A stretch of DNA of 64,000 nt from positions 62,001 through 126,000 of the IMG/VR virus record IMGVR_UViG_3300027736_001324; one strand, given 5' to 3'. The position numbers and the translations under genes were made by a program. Under the pieces are notes generated by a model. The model worked only from the letters and a program-made list of their open reading frames with translations, searched no databases and was not told where the DNA came from. Positions 21,851 to 31,108 of the stretch are shown here, piece after piece (within the stretch, counting starts at the first letter, position 1; every line of letters begins with the position of its first letter).

Positions 21851-22724
21851 ATTAATAACAAACGGTGATAGTTGGACTTTTGGTAGTGAAATAGCTGATC
21901 CAAAATTAGTGAGTAAATATATAGACAAAAAACATGTTACGGAATTTGATCATTTTCCAGAAAATGATTCTTACAGAATTACAAAAATTTGGCCCACATT
22001 CATGAGTAAACTTGTGGATTGTGAGGTAATTAATTTATCCTGGCCTGCTGATGATAACGGATCTATCCTTAGGCGAACTATAAATTATATAACCAATACA
22101 TATATTGCAAATAATATTCCAATGAATGATTTATTTGTAATAATTGGATGGAGTAGCCCTGAACGTAATTCATTCTGGTATAAGGATGAATCTATGACAA
22201 GGCCATTTAGATTATGGCCGCAGAATAACCATTTTGATGCAAAGCCCCAAGAAAAGTTTTGGGATTTATATACTAGATACTTATGGAACGCTGAAGAATA
22301 CATGCCCAGGTATGTATTAGATGTATTACAATTTCAAAATTTTTGTAAGGCTCATGATATTAAATGGATGTGCTTTAATAGCTTTTATCAAACCCCTAAT
22401 AGTAATATTGAAGATTGGAATGACTTAGATGTTTCCGCAGAATTAAAAAATTTACAAAATAAACTCTCCGGGTATCAATATCAATCTACAACTGATATGT
22501 TACGCCGGTATGATCAAATAGATTATCAAACACTTTGGAAAACAATTGATCCTATTCGTTTTTATAAGAAAGATCAGCCTTGTAATACTTTTAAGAGTTA
22601 TATTGAAAACGTTGAACCTAAAATTGAACCGGTGTTCAATGGGTGGCATCCTAGTCCTGCTTCACATGAAATGTGGGCATACGAATTAGTAAATTATATT
22701 ACAACTAATAATTTAATAAAATGA
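21840..22724 (+). CDS. SGNH/GDSL-like hydrolase or acyltransferase, paralog
   Basis: 'NGDSWT', 'GWSSPER', 'GWHP'. The ATG at 21840 is the likely start rather than 21780. Confidence 0.7.
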   Translation: MTFKLITNGDSWTFGSEIADPKLVSKYIDKKHVTEFDHFPENDSYRITKIWPTFMSKLVDCEVINLSWPADDNGSILRRTINYITNTYIANNIPMNDLFVIIGWSSPERNSFWYKDESMTRPFRLWPQNNHFDAKPQEKFWDLYTRYLWNAEEYMPRYVLDVLQFQNFCKAHDIKWMCFNSFYQTPNSNIEDWNDLDVSAELKNLQNKLSGYQYQSTTDMLRRYDQIDYQTLWKTIDPIRFYKKDQPCNTFKSYIENVEPKIEPVFNGWHPSPASHEMWAYELVNYITTNNLIK

Positions 22725-22739
22725 AGCATTATTGTGTAA

Positions 22740-24041
22740 TTATTTGAACTTGACATTCATCGAACAGGCGCCTGCATTTGACCAACAACCGCCGGTGTAG
22801 GCAACAAACGCTCCAGAAGTAGTGGGTTTAATTTGTGCCGAATATGGCTTTAACGTAACGCTAGGGTTATAAAAAGTATGTATAACACTGGCAGTAACTG
22901 TATCAGTTGAGTATTTAATAATAGCCCATTCTACTCCTTCTATTGGTACTCCTGCCCACCCGTCAGTAACGTAGAAATAAAAATACCCATTATCGTATAC
23001 AACATCTAGCGCGGTGCTATATCTAGTGCCATGAGAAGTTGATAATGGCATGATAAATTTTTTAATAGTTGACCAATCAAAACCTCCTTTTTTGTCCCCC
23101 TTGACCCAAATCGTAAATGACTCTTTAGACAAAATCAAATCCAATCGACCATCAATTGGAATTACCATGAGGTTCCACATTATATTTAAATCTGGCATTG
23201 AAGAAGATTTTGGAATTATTTTGGTATCTTGTTTAAATGTACCGTCGCCATTCCCCAACAAAACTGCCACACTATCAACTCCGCTATTAGAATCGGGGAA
23301 AATAGTATTACCAAAAACATTAATAGTTACTATATCAATATTTCCGTCACCGTTTATATCGGCTGCTGCTGCTTGGTGAGCGTATATGTTAAATGGAACT
23401 TCTACTCGTTTGTACGTATTGTCTTTTTGGCTTAAAAAAATAATTTGATTACTACTCTTATAATTTATTAATTCGGACATAGAAAATCCAAAATTATAGA
23501 AATCATTGTCAACCCCACTACATGAAATATAAACATCAGGTTTACCGTCATTGTTGAAATCCGCGGTCATAGAATAACTTGCTGATATACAAGTTGCCCT
23601 ATCTGAGTTCGTCTTTAATAATTCGTTTGTTCTATCTCGCCACTTTCCATTAATATCCTGACTAAGAAAATAAGCCACCCCTGGCGCATCAGGTAAATTT
23701 TCAATACCGTACTTATTGGTAGCCCGCATAGATGAAACGAAAGCTGAATATTTCCCTTCTTGAAAAAAATCCCCAAATGTAACAGACCTTTCATTTGAAT
23801 CTAATTCGTCGGAATATACTTTTGGTATTCCTAAATTACGTACTCCGGGCATTTGAGTTTGATCAAAATTAATTGAGTTTTTATTTTCGTAAGAAGTACC
23901 AAATACAGCAAACGGTACTATTTTGGCAGGTATATTAGCTGGCGCAGTAGTATTACTAATAGAACCGCCCCCGCCCCCACCCCCACACGCAACTAATGCA
24001 AAAATGGAATATGCTATTGCTGTATACTTGATATAGTTCAT
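22740..24041 (-). CDS. Lipoprotein with FG-GAP/VCBS-like Ca-binding repeats
   Basis: Lipobox 'LVA-C' followed by poly-Gly; 'ADFNNDGKPD', 'ADINGDGNID', 'GNGDGTF'. Confidence 0.8.
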   Translation of the reverse strand: MNYIKYTAIAYSIFALVACGGGGGGGSISNTTAPANIPAKIVPFAVFGTSYENKNSINFDQTQMPGVRNLGIPKVYSDELDSNERSVTFGDFFQEGKYSAFVSSMRATNKYGIENLPDAPGVAYFLSQDINGKWRDRTNELLKTNSDRATCISASYSMTADFNNDGKPDVYISCSGVDNDFYNFGFSMSELINYKSSNQIIFLSQKDNTYKRVEVPFNIYAHQAAAADINGDGNIDIVTINVFGNTIFPDSNSGVDSVAVLLGNGDGTFKQDTKIIPKSSSMPDLNIMWNLMVIPIDGRLDLILSKESFTIWVKGDKKGGFDWSTIKKFIMPLSTSHGTRYSTALDVVYDNGYFYFYVTDGWAGVPIEGVEWAIIKYSTDTVTASVIHTFYNPSVTLKPYSAQIKPTTSGAFVAYTGGCWSNAGACSMNVKFK

Positions 24042-24067
24042 ACGAATTTCACTATGTTAAATAACGT

Positions 24068-24096
24068 ATTATACTGTATTTCTGCAATAAAGTCAA
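24068..24096 (-). promoter_or_regulatory. sigma70-type promoter of the lipoprotein gene
   Basis: Minus strand TTGACT-17 nt-TATAAT. Confidence 0.7.
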
Positions 24097-24125
24097 GTGT
24101 CTCGGGTTGCACACTAAATAATACT

Positions 24126-24905
24126 ATGAAAATTGCAGTATGTTTTTGGGGACAAATAAGAACCGGTATACATTCGCATCCGAGTATATTATCTTATTTT
24201 GATGGATTATTGGGCAATATAGATTTTTTTACACACACATGGGATACGGAAACAATTTCTTATTGTGAAATAAATGAAAATCCCATGCTTCCAGATTATC
24301 AGTCATTAAAAGAAAAAATATATAATGACTTGTCAACCTTTCAAATTGAAGTGCCAAAGGAAAAATTGAATAATTTTTTAAATATATATCAGCCAAAAAG
24401 ATTTAAAATTGACAATCCACTCAATTTTAAATTTAGTTTACCGGCGCATTATAGAAGCAGATATGAAGTCAATTTGCTGAAACAAGATTATGAAAAAAAT
24501 AATAATTTTGAGTATGATGTAGTTATTAGTATGCGCCCAGACCTTATATTTAATTCTTCTACTAAATTAAGTGCTGATTTAAATAAAGTAAATTTAAATG
24601 GTACTAATATTTACAATCGACACCATACTGATTTAGAAAACAAAGAAGAATTGATTGAAAGTTTATTTATTATAGGAAATTCAAAAAACATGGATTTGTT
24701 TTCCAGCTTTAAAACTTGCGATACAAACACGGGGGAAGATACACAACGATTGGATTATAAATATTCAACCAGTCGAGGATTAAATTTGAAAAGAATAATT
24801 AACTATGACTTTAGGGTGTTTCGATATTATAATAAATTTATGTTTGATATGGGAATATCATTTGATCAAATGATACAAAATTTTTATCTAGGTAAAATAA
24901 TATGA
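24126..24905 (+). CDS. Putative glycosyltransferase, same family, paralog 4
   Basis: MKIAVCFWGQIR...FTHTW...YDVVISMRPD. The start at 24126 matches the paralog N-termini and follows TAAATA-N5. Confidence 0.6.
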   Translation: MKIAVCFWGQIRTGIHSHPSILSYFDGLLGNIDFFTHTWDTETISYCEINENPMLPDYQSLKEKIYNDLSTFQIEVPKEKLNNFLNIYQPKRFKIDNPLNFKFSLPAHYRSRYEVNLLKQDYEKNNNFEYDVVISMRPDLIFNSSTKLSADLNKVNLNGTNIYNRHHTDLENKEELIESLFIIGNSKNMDLFSSFKTCDTNTGEDTQRLDYKYSTSRGLNLKRIINYDFRVFRYYNKFMFDMGISFDQMIQNFYLGKII

Positions 24906-25729
24906 GAATTGCAGTATGTTTTAGTGGTATGGTTAGGACTGCCAACTATGTTACCCCCAATCTATTAAATTATTTTGGAGATTTACTTCCTAATATTGAT
25001 TTTTTTATGCATACATGGGATGTAACACAACATAAACAATACACTCAGGGTGCAATGGGAGTGCTATCACACAACTACAGACAATGTCCAATGGAACCTA
25101 GTTATCCAATAGTATGTACGATTACAAATGACTATAAAAATTTTAAAAAAATAAAAATTGAATCATATTCAGTTCACTGTCAGTCGTATGTTCGTTTTCC
25201 ACTGTGGTATTCATGGGCCAAAAGTATAGAGTTAGCAAAAGAATATGAAAAAGAATATAATTTTACATATGATGTAGTATTAAAAATGAGACCGGAAATG
25301 ATTTTTCCTGCAAAAAGTACACTGCAACAGGAAATAGATAATTTTTTAATTAATCCTGAAATATTTTATGTTATGGGAGGCGATGACACCCGTTTAAATG
25401 ATGTATATTTTTTATCATCTTCACTAAACATGTCTACTGCTACTAACATAATACATAACACAACCCATTGGAAAAACAATGAATTTAATATGCATCTTTT
25501 AAGTAATAATATTAAATATTCACAAGTTTATAGACCAGCATATGCTATATACAGAGAAGAATGTGTTGGAGTTTCTCCAATGGATTGGTTAGGATGTCAT
25601 GTAGTTGAAACGTATTATTACTCTCCAAAAGAAACATTTGAGATATATTGCAGACAACAAAATTTTTTAACTAAATTTGTAGAACTATACGAATTTTTAA
25701 TGAAAAAAACAAAAAATGAAATTAATTAA
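24902..25729 (+). CDS. Putative glycosyltransferase, same family, paralog 5
   Basis: MRIAVCFSGMVR...FMHTW...YDVVLKMRPE. Confidence 0.6.
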   Translation: MRIAVCFSGMVRTANYVTPNLLNYFGDLLPNIDFFMHTWDVTQHKQYTQGAMGVLSHNYRQCPMEPSYPIVCTITNDYKNFKKIKIESYSVHCQSYVRFPLWYSWAKSIELAKEYEKEYNFTYDVVLKMRPEMIFPAKSTLQQEIDNFLINPEIFYVMGGDDTRLNDVYFLSSSLNMSTATNIIHNTTHWKNNEFNMHLLSNNIKYSQVYRPAYAIYREECVGVSPMDWLGCHVVETYYYSPKETFEIYCRQQNFLTKFVELYEFLMKKTKNEIN

Positions 25730-26855
25730 CAGGAACACTGATGTAATCACTAATAGTGCAAATCTTGAAGATTTACATGCTGTCACGGATGTTCCTATAT
25801 TGATGAGTTGTACAGCAGAAAAAGAATCAACTGATATTAAGAAAGATTTAATTTGGCAAATAAGTAAAGACTCCGGGATCATACAATTAAAAAATCTCAT
25901 CCCATTGAATGTGCTATATTCCGTGCCTCATAGCGGCACAACAGGTGGAATGTGGTTACAACATCATCAAGAATTTTCTAAATTCTTAAGTAAATTCAAC
26001 CCTACCTCAGTGTTAGAAATTGGCGGAGCACATGGTATATTGGCTACTGATTATTTGAAAAATAATATGATTCCCTGGACTATAATTGAACCTAATCCCT
26101 GCCCAATAGATAAGTGTCTGGCTAAATTTATTAAAAGATTTTTTGATGATAAGTTTTCTGTTAACGAAATTAACGAAAAAATTGACACAATAGTACATAG
26201 TCATGTGTTTGAACATGTTTATGACCCGACGGAATTTATGCAAAACATTTCAAATATAATGCATAACGGTAATAAATTAATATTTACCTTGCCCAATCTA
26301 CAAATTATGTTAGAAAACAAATATACTAACTGTATAAATTTTGAACATACTATTTTCTTGTCTGAACCGTACATAGAATACTTATTATCAAAATTTGGGT
26401 TTCGGGTCATAGAAAAAACATACTTTAGCAATCATAGCATTTTTTATTCAACTGTCAGAGATGATACGGTTGCCCCGTTTGAATTAGATCCCAATCTGTA
26501 TGAACAGAACAAACAACTGTACTTGGACTATGTAAAATATTATGAGGATCTTATAATAGAATTAAATAATAAATCAAAGGATACTACTCTTCCCATTTAT
26601 TTGTTTGGGGCACATGTGTTCTCGCAATATTTGTTAACATTAGGATTGGATAGCACTAAAATTAATAGTATCTTGGATAATGATCCAAAGAAACACGGCA
26701 AGCGTTTATATGGCACTGGTTTGAAAATTCAATCACCTAGTGTACTAAGCAGCGTAGAACCAATGATTGTTATTTTAAAAGCAGGGTTTTATAATGAAGA
26801 AATTAAACAAGATATATTGAAAAACATAAATCCAAATATAATATTTTGGGAATAA
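25716..26855 (+). CDS. Class I SAM-dependent methyltransferase (sugar C-methyltransferase-like)
   Basis: 'VLEIGGAHG', 'HSHVFEH', C-terminal 'LFGA...DND..KHGK.LYG'. Confidence 0.75.
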   Translation: MKLINRNTDVITNSANLEDLHAVTDVPILMSCTAEKESTDIKKDLIWQISKDSGIIQLKNLIPLNVLYSVPHSGTTGGMWLQHHQEFSKFLSKFNPTSVLEIGGAHGILATDYLKNNMIPWTIIEPNPCPIDKCLAKFIKRFFDDKFSVNEINEKIDTIVHSHVFEHVYDPTEFMQNISNIMHNGNKLIFTLPNLQIMLENKYTNCINFEHTIFLSEPYIEYLLSKFGFRVIEKTYFSNHSIFYSTVRDDTVAPFELDPNLYEQNKQLYLDYVKYYEDLIIELNNKSKDTTLPIYLFGAHVFSQYLLTLGLDSTKINSILDNDPKKHGKRLYGTGLKIQSPSVLSSVEPMIVILKAGFYNEEIKQDILKNINPNIIFWE

Positions 26856-26857
26856 AG

Positions 26858-27310
26858 ATGATCACAAAAGATAAAAAGTTAGTTAAAAAACACTGGGGAC
26901 AGGAAGAATGGTTTGCAGATGGAGTAGCTACCCCATTTGCATTGAAACGTATATTGTTCTTAGCTGGGAACAGAACAAGTCTACAAGTGCATCAATATAA
27001 GTTTGAAACAACTTTTGTATTGTCTGGCACTGGCAAATTATATAAGTCTAAAGAACCATTGGATATAGAAAATTTCCTACATGTAGGAATGACCTCTAAG
27101 CAAGTTGAAGAATATGAAGCAACGTTTGATGTACTAGATTTGCATGAGGGTGTTTTATTCGACCTCAGCCCAGGATACGTTCATCGTGTTGTGGCTACTA
27201 CCGACTTAACTTTTATCGAAGCTAGCACTTGTGAATTGGATGATGTATTTCGTTTACAAGATGATGGTGGAAGAACACACGGGCGCATAAGCTACGAACA
27301 TGAAAATTAA
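26858..27310 (+). CDS. Cupin-domain protein (mannose-6-phosphate isomerase type II-like)
   Basis: 'V.K.WG.E', 'TSLQVH..K.ET', 'PGYVHR', 'DDVFRLQD'. Confidence 0.75.
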   Translation: MITKDKKLVKKHWGQEEWFADGVATPFALKRILFLAGNRTSLQVHQYKFETTFVLSGTGKLYKSKEPLDIENFLHVGMTSKQVEEYEATFDVLDLHEGVLFDLSPGYVHRVVATTDLTFIEASTCELDDVFRLQDDGGRTHGRISYEHEN

Positions 27311-28829
27311 TACAGTAATTATACCTACTGCAGGTACAGGTAGTAGAATGGGTAACTATACAAAGAATCTCAACAAAGCATTATTGCCCTATAAAAATAA
27401 ACCAGTGATATCACATATCATTGACAGTTTCCCCCAAGACACAAAATTTATTCTACCAGTTGGTTACTTAGCAGATCAAATCAAAGACTTCTGTAAAATA
27501 GCATATGCTGATAGAGATATTGAATTTGTTCAGATAGATGATTATCTTAGTAGCAAATCAGGCACTTCATATACATTGCGACATTGTAGAGACAAAGTAA
27601 ACGCACCGTTTTGGTATGTGCCGTGTGATACTTATTTTAATGAATCAGTTGTTGACAAAGTAAACGAAAGTAATTGTTACTTTGTAAAAAAAGTTCCAGA
27701 GAAAGACAGCTATCTCTATACTATGTTTGATGTAGATACCAACAAAAATATAACTGAGATAACATTTAAAAAACACACCCCAGAATCATATGAAGCCTTT
27801 ACTGGGTTAATGTACATACATGATTATGTAGAATTCTTTGATAGTTTGGAAACAATCAATTCAACTGAATTAATTTATTCCATACAGTTAGGTGACAAAG
27901 TAGCTAAGTTGGACACTTGGCAAGACTTTGGAGATCCAGTCAACTATCAAACTGAATTGGGGAAAAGTCAAAAGTTTGACTTTAGTAAAAAAGATGAACT
28001 AACCTATATCTGTAACAATCGTGTAGTCAAATGGTGGATAGATGATGCTACCCCAAAAAAGAAATATATTAAGACATTAAAAAATCCCTCTGTATTTCCT
28101 GCTAACTGTCAACACATTGGCAACTTCATGGCTTACGATTACTTTGATGGCCAAACACTATATGAGTATAATAACCCAGTAGCATTTACTTCATATCTTA
28201 ATTGGCTAAAAGATGAAGTTTGGTTGCCAGTTGATGCGGATATTACCAGTGCTGCAACTGAATTCTATAAAAACAAAACACTAGCACGAGTTAATAAGTT
28301 TTTAGAAAAGTACCCAGACCTCAAACAAATTAACTTTATTGATGGTATAAAAGTTAATGATTATAGTTACTACTTGAATAAGATTGATTGGGACTATTTA
28401 AGCACTACCACATTACCAGGGTTTGTGCATGGGGATTTACATTTTGATAATACTGTTATCAATGATGAGGGTAAATTTAAAGTGATAGATTGGAGACATG
28501 AATTTGCTAATATAGTAGAGTATGGGGATATCTATTATGACCTAGCTAAACTAGCAGGTGGATTTATAATCAACTATGCTAACATCAAAGAACATAACTT
28601 CAATATTGAAATAGATAATGATAATGTCACACTAGCTATCCCTAGTGTAGACCATGTTAATGTTTATCAACGTCAACTTAAAGAATTCGTAATAAGTCAG
28701 GGGTACGATTACAAAAAAGTACAAACGCTAATTCCAATTATATATTGGAATATGAGTCCATTACATACTGCGCCATTTGATGTATTCTTATGGTACTTGG
28801 GTATTAAATTGTTCCAAGAATTAGAATGA
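27300..28829 (+). CDS. Nucleotidyltransferase fused to a choline/aminoglycoside kinase-like phosphotransferase
   Basis: N-terminal 'PTAGTGSRM...NKALLP'; C-terminal 'HGDLHFDN', 'VIDW', 'GDIYYDLAKL'. Confidence 0.8.
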   Translation: MKINTVIIPTAGTGSRMGNYTKNLNKALLPYKNKPVISHIIDSFPQDTKFILPVGYLADQIKDFCKIAYADRDIEFVQIDDYLSSKSGTSYTLRHCRDKVNAPFWYVPCDTYFNESVVDKVNESNCYFVKKVPEKDSYLYTMFDVDTNKNITEITFKKHTPESYEAFTGLMYIHDYVEFFDSLETINSTELIYSIQLGDKVAKLDTWQDFGDPVNYQTELGKSQKFDFSKKDELTYICNNRVVKWWIDDATPKKKYIKTLKNPSVFPANCQHIGNFMAYDYFDGQTLYEYNNPVAFTSYLNWLKDEVWLPVDADITSAATEFYKNKTLARVNKFLEKYPDLKQINFIDGIKVNDYSYYLNKIDWDYLSTTTLPGFVHGDLHFDNTVINDEGKFKVIDWRHEFANIVEYGDIYYDLAKLAGGFIINYANIKEHNFNIEIDNDNVTLAIPSVDHVNVYQRQLKEFVISQGYDYKKVQTLIPIIYWNMSPLHTAPFDVFLWYLGIKLFQELE

Positions 28830-29524
28830 AACAATTTTATAGTCTAAGTCAATATCCTGGCAAAACCGGAGAAACTTACTATCGTAAGTTTTTTAATTTA
28901 AAGAATTTGCCACACTCTTACAATGCATTAAAATGCGAAAATATAGTTGATAGTGTTACTGAATTAAAAAATATTAAAGCTAGTGGGTTCAGTGTCAGTA
29001 TGCCCTACAAGGCATCAGTCATACCTTTACTTGATGAAGTGGATAATTTAGTTACACAATTCAATAGTTGTAACACAGTAGTGAACGTCGACGGAAAGTA
29101 TATTGGTTACAATGCTGATTACTATGGGGCAATACATGTACTAAAAACTATCCTAGAACATGAACCAATTAACATATTGGGCAACGGTGCAATGGGCAAT
29201 ATGTTTAAAAAAATACTAGGTTCTAGGGCTAACATCTACAGTCGTTCATTGGGCAATTGGGACCAAATACAATCATTATCTGGAACTATAATAAACTGTA
29301 CTAGTTTAGGTACCTCTACTAAGGATAGTCCCTTCATTAAGTTGCCAAATATAAGCCATGTGATTGACTTGGCTATGAATGACAATGATTTAAAAAAACA
29401 AACCATCTCATCTGATATTAAATATATAGGCGGAAAAGAGTTTTACCAGCAGCAATTCAAAAAACAATTTGAAATTTACACCGGTATAACATTAAGCCAA
29501 TCAGAACTTGAAGATGATAATTAA
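28826..29524 (+). CDS. Shikimate dehydrogenase (AroE)-like oxidoreductase
   Basis: 'GFSVSMPYK', 'CNTV', 'GYNAD', 'ILGNGAMG', 'INCTSLG'. Confidence 0.75.
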   Translation: MKQFYSLSQYPGKTGETYYRKFFNLKNLPHSYNALKCENIVDSVTELKNIKASGFSVSMPYKASVIPLLDEVDNLVTQFNSCNTVVNVDGKYIGYNADYYGAIHVLKTILEHEPINILGNGAMGNMFKKILGSRANIYSRSLGNWDQIQSLSGTIINCTSLGTSTKDSPFIKLPNISHVIDLAMNDNDLKKQTISSDIKYIGGKEFYQQQFKKQFEIYTGITLSQSELEDDN

Positions 29525-29999
29525 TAAATTAGTTTTAGACGTTGACGGAGTACTTAACACCGGGCATATTTTATATAGCAGTCAGGGTAAGATGTATAAA
29601 GTCTTTGGTCCACACGACAAAGATGGATTCAAAATAATAAAAAAATATCTAAATGATATTACCTTTATCACAGCAGATGTGACTGGCTGGGATATAACCT
29701 ACGCCCGAATAGTAAACGATTGGAAGTATGATCCTTCACAATTAATATTGGTTACAGAAGAAGATCGTATGAGATGGTTTGAAAAGAATTGTGATTTTGA
29801 AACTACAGCATATATAGCAGACGGATACAATGATGCCCCTATACTAGATAGAGTTAAAGTTGGCATTGCACCCAAATCAGCAAGAATAGAAGCAAGATCA
29901 GCAGCAATATATGTAACACCTTCAAAAGCAGGACAAGGTGCTGTGTTAGATGCTTGCTTATACTTAGAAAGATTAATTAATGGACTTGAAGAAATTTAA
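29514..29999 (+). CDS. HAD phosphatase, KdsC-like
   Basis: 'LDVDGVL', 'K.F..HD..G', 'YIADGYND', 'AGQGAV'. Confidence 0.8.
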   Translation: MIINKLVLDVDGVLNTGHILYSSQGKMYKVFGPHDKDGFKIIKKYLNDITFITADVTGWDITYARIVNDWKYDPSQLILVTEEDRMRWFEKNCDFETTAYIADGYNDAPILDRVKVGIAPKSARIEARSAAIYVTPSKAGQGAVLDACLYLERLINGLEEI

Positions 30000-30996
30000 A
30001 TTGGGCGTGGGCCCTATGAGTCCAGAAGTAGTTGATATTTGTTTGGAATACAGCAAGGTACATAATTTTCCAATTATGATTATTGCTAGTAGAAATCAAG
30101 TTGATGCTAATAATGGATATTCATTTACCACTGAGAAATTAGTAGATTTTGTCAAATCTAATACAAACTATGATCCTGAAAGAATACTTATATGCAGAGA
30201 TCATTGCGGACCATACTACGGTGATGTTGACACTGGCTTATCAGTAGAGGATGCACTAAAGAATTGTATCAACACAATTGATTCTGACGTTAAGAATGGA
30301 TTTAATTTGATACATGTGGATATCAGCAGAGTAGCTAAAGAAGAAAGATACACAATAGCACACGAAATTATCAATTACATTTTGAAATTGAATCCCAATA
30401 TTATGTTAGAATTTGGTAGTGAGGACAATCTTAGCGTAGAAGAAAACAACAATCAAATACATTATGATGTTGAGTTTAGTAGACGCTATCTAAATCAGAT
30501 TAAATTTGTTGTTGGTCGTACAGGTAGTCTCACTAAACATAAACAAGTGGGTCATTTTGATGTGGAAGATAATATCAAACTAGCAGAGGTTATACACAAG
30601 CATGGATTCTTATTTAAAGAACATAATGCTGATTACTTAACTGAACAAGATATTGTATTAAGAAAACAAGCCGGAGTAGATTCGTTAAATATTGCACCAC
30701 AATTAGGAGTGGTACATACTAATGTACTTGTTAAGTTAGGTAAAGAATTTGAGGATGAGTATAATACATTTAAGAAATCTGTAATTGAAAAAGAAGTATG
30801 GAAGAAATGGATTACTCCTGAGATAACAGATGACGAAACTAAGTTATCAGTAAGCGGACATTATTTCTTAAACACAGTTGAAGCCAAACAGTTGTTAGAA
30901 AAAATTGATATAGCAAAGTTTAAAAATGTTTTGAAAACAGAGATATTTGAAGTACTTGATATATATAGAAAAGGACTTGGCAATGAGCATACTTAA
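29980..30996 (+). CDS. GatZ/KbaZ-family (tagatose-bisphosphate aldolase subunit / tagatose-6-P epimerase-like) TIM-barrel enzyme
   Basis: 'IASRNQVD...GY', 'RDHCGP', 'GFNLIHVD', 'KEHNADY', 'NIAPQLG'. Confidence 0.7.
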   Translation: MDLKKFKLGVGPMSPEVVDICLEYSKVHNFPIMIIASRNQVDANNGYSFTTEKLVDFVKSNTNYDPERILICRDHCGPYYGDVDTGLSVEDALKNCINTIDSDVKNGFNLIHVDISRVAKEERYTIAHEIINYILKLNPNIMLEFGSEDNLSVEENNNQIHYDVEFSRRYLNQIKFVVGRTGSLTKHKQVGHFDVEDNIKLAEVIHKHGFLFKEHNADYLTEQDIVLRKQAGVDSLNIAPQLGVVHTNVLVKLGKEFEDEYNTFKKSVIEKEVWKKWITPEITDDETKLSVSGHYFLNTVEAKQLLEKIDIAKFKNVLKTEIFEVLDIYRKGLGNEHT

Positions 30997-31108
30997 AAAA
31001 ATTAAATACTTCATTGTAGAACGATTGTTTGGTAAAATTACCAGAGAATTGCGCTATAGAAAAAGATTAAAAGAATTACGCAAACGAGACCCGTTTATTT
31101 ACAAATGA
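30983..31108 (+). CDS. Small basic 41-aa protein ending RKRDPFIYK, not in the ORF track
   Basis: AAGGA RBS; ATGA-coupled to the carbamoyltransferase gene. Confidence 0.65.
   Translation: MSILKKIKYFIVERLFGKITRELRYRKRLKELRKRDPFIYK

Noticed and set aside
23050-23435. Plus-strand track ORFs inside the lipoprotein gene
   Set aside because: Shadows of the 433-aa minus-strand gene, which has a lipobox, repeats and a promoter.
23965-23987. C-runs (G-runs on the minus strand) as a G-quadruplex or slippage tract
   Set aside because: Fully explained by the poly-Gly linker after the lipoprotein Cys.
24054-24125. Track N-terminal extensions (also 21780, 26846, 41620, 48548, 56314)
   Set aside because: Downstream ATGs fit RBS or promoter positions and paralog N-termini better.
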